DNA of 64,000 bases, taken from Candidatus Latescibacterota bacterium (GTDB lineage Bacteria > Latescibacterota > UBA2968). Of this stretch, positions 63,551 to 64,000 are shown piece by piece. The position numbers and the translations under genes were made by a program. The notes beneath the pieces were generated by a model. That model was not told the DNA's origin. It saw only the letters and a program-made list of their open reading frames with translations, and searched no databases. The DNA is taken from NCBI GenBank assembly GCA_965198115.1, contig OZ240241.1, positions 7,968,001 through 8,032,000 on the forward strand. Reading direction: 5' to 3'. Positions within the stretch are counted from its first letter, which is position 1; every line of letters starts with the position of its first letter.

Positions 63551-64000
63551 ATGACAGAGCCATGCGATCTTCCCGCCACGACCCTTCGGCGGATGATCGG
63601 TGACAGACAGTTGTCCCCGGTCGAACTACTCGACAGCTGCATCGCGCGGATCGAGGCCATCAATCCCGTGCTCAATGCTTTCGTCGTGCTCTGTCTGGAA
63701 GAGGCGCGGTCGGCCGCCGTTGAGAAGACGGATCAGGTCGCTTCTGGCGACGCCCTAGGACCGCTGCACGGTTTGCCGATTGGGATGAAGGAGTCCTTCC
63801 ACGTCAAGGATGTGGCGACGACACAGGGATTCCCGCCGTGGAAGGACCGGATCGCGAAAGAAGACGACTGCACGACCGCCGCCATTCGACGAGCGGGCGG
63901 CGTCATCGTGGGCAAGACGAACGTGCCGACGCTGCTTCACGGCATGACAAGTCGCAACCCTCTGTTCGGCACGACCCGAAACGCCCACGACTTGGAGCTT
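63551..64000 (+). CDS. Amidase signature family protein, 3'-partial
   Basis: MTEPCDL...SPVELL...GPLHGLPIGMKE...GKTNVP...NPLFGTTRN runs off the window end. Confidence 0.85.
   Translation, partial: MTEPCDLPATTLRRMIGDRQLSPVELLDSCIARIEAINPVLNAFVVLCLEEARSAAVEKTDQVASGDALGPLHGLPIGMKESFHVKDVATTQGFPPWKDRIAKEDDCTTAAIRRAGGVIVGKTNVPTLLHGMTSRNPLFGTTRNAHDLEL

Overview
GC-rich bacterial window. The gene content (seven PhyH-type Fe/2OG dioxygenases, TauD, two enolase-superfamily enzymes, two BNR/Asp-box proteins, a sulfatase, a GWxTD-like remnant) resembles Latescibacterota/Poribacteria-like heterotrophs; this is inference only. It opens with at least five tandem copies of an uncharacterised ~320-aa papain/C39-like plus helical domain, four of them apparently fused into one giant ORF. 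Accessory catabolic genes follow, then a few housekeeping genes: PPK2/Pap, ilvB with an unannotated leader-peptide attenuator, and a UvrB/C-motif protein. Mobile DNA is dense: 2x IS256, 2x ISL3, 2x ISAzo13, a 162-bp MITE-like insert and several REP-like repeat families. Visible damage includes IS-split genes, deletion scars and nonsense codons. Many single-base frameshifts may be long-read indel errors. No rRNA, tRNA or CRISPR array was seen. Family assignments come from motif recognition, not database searches.
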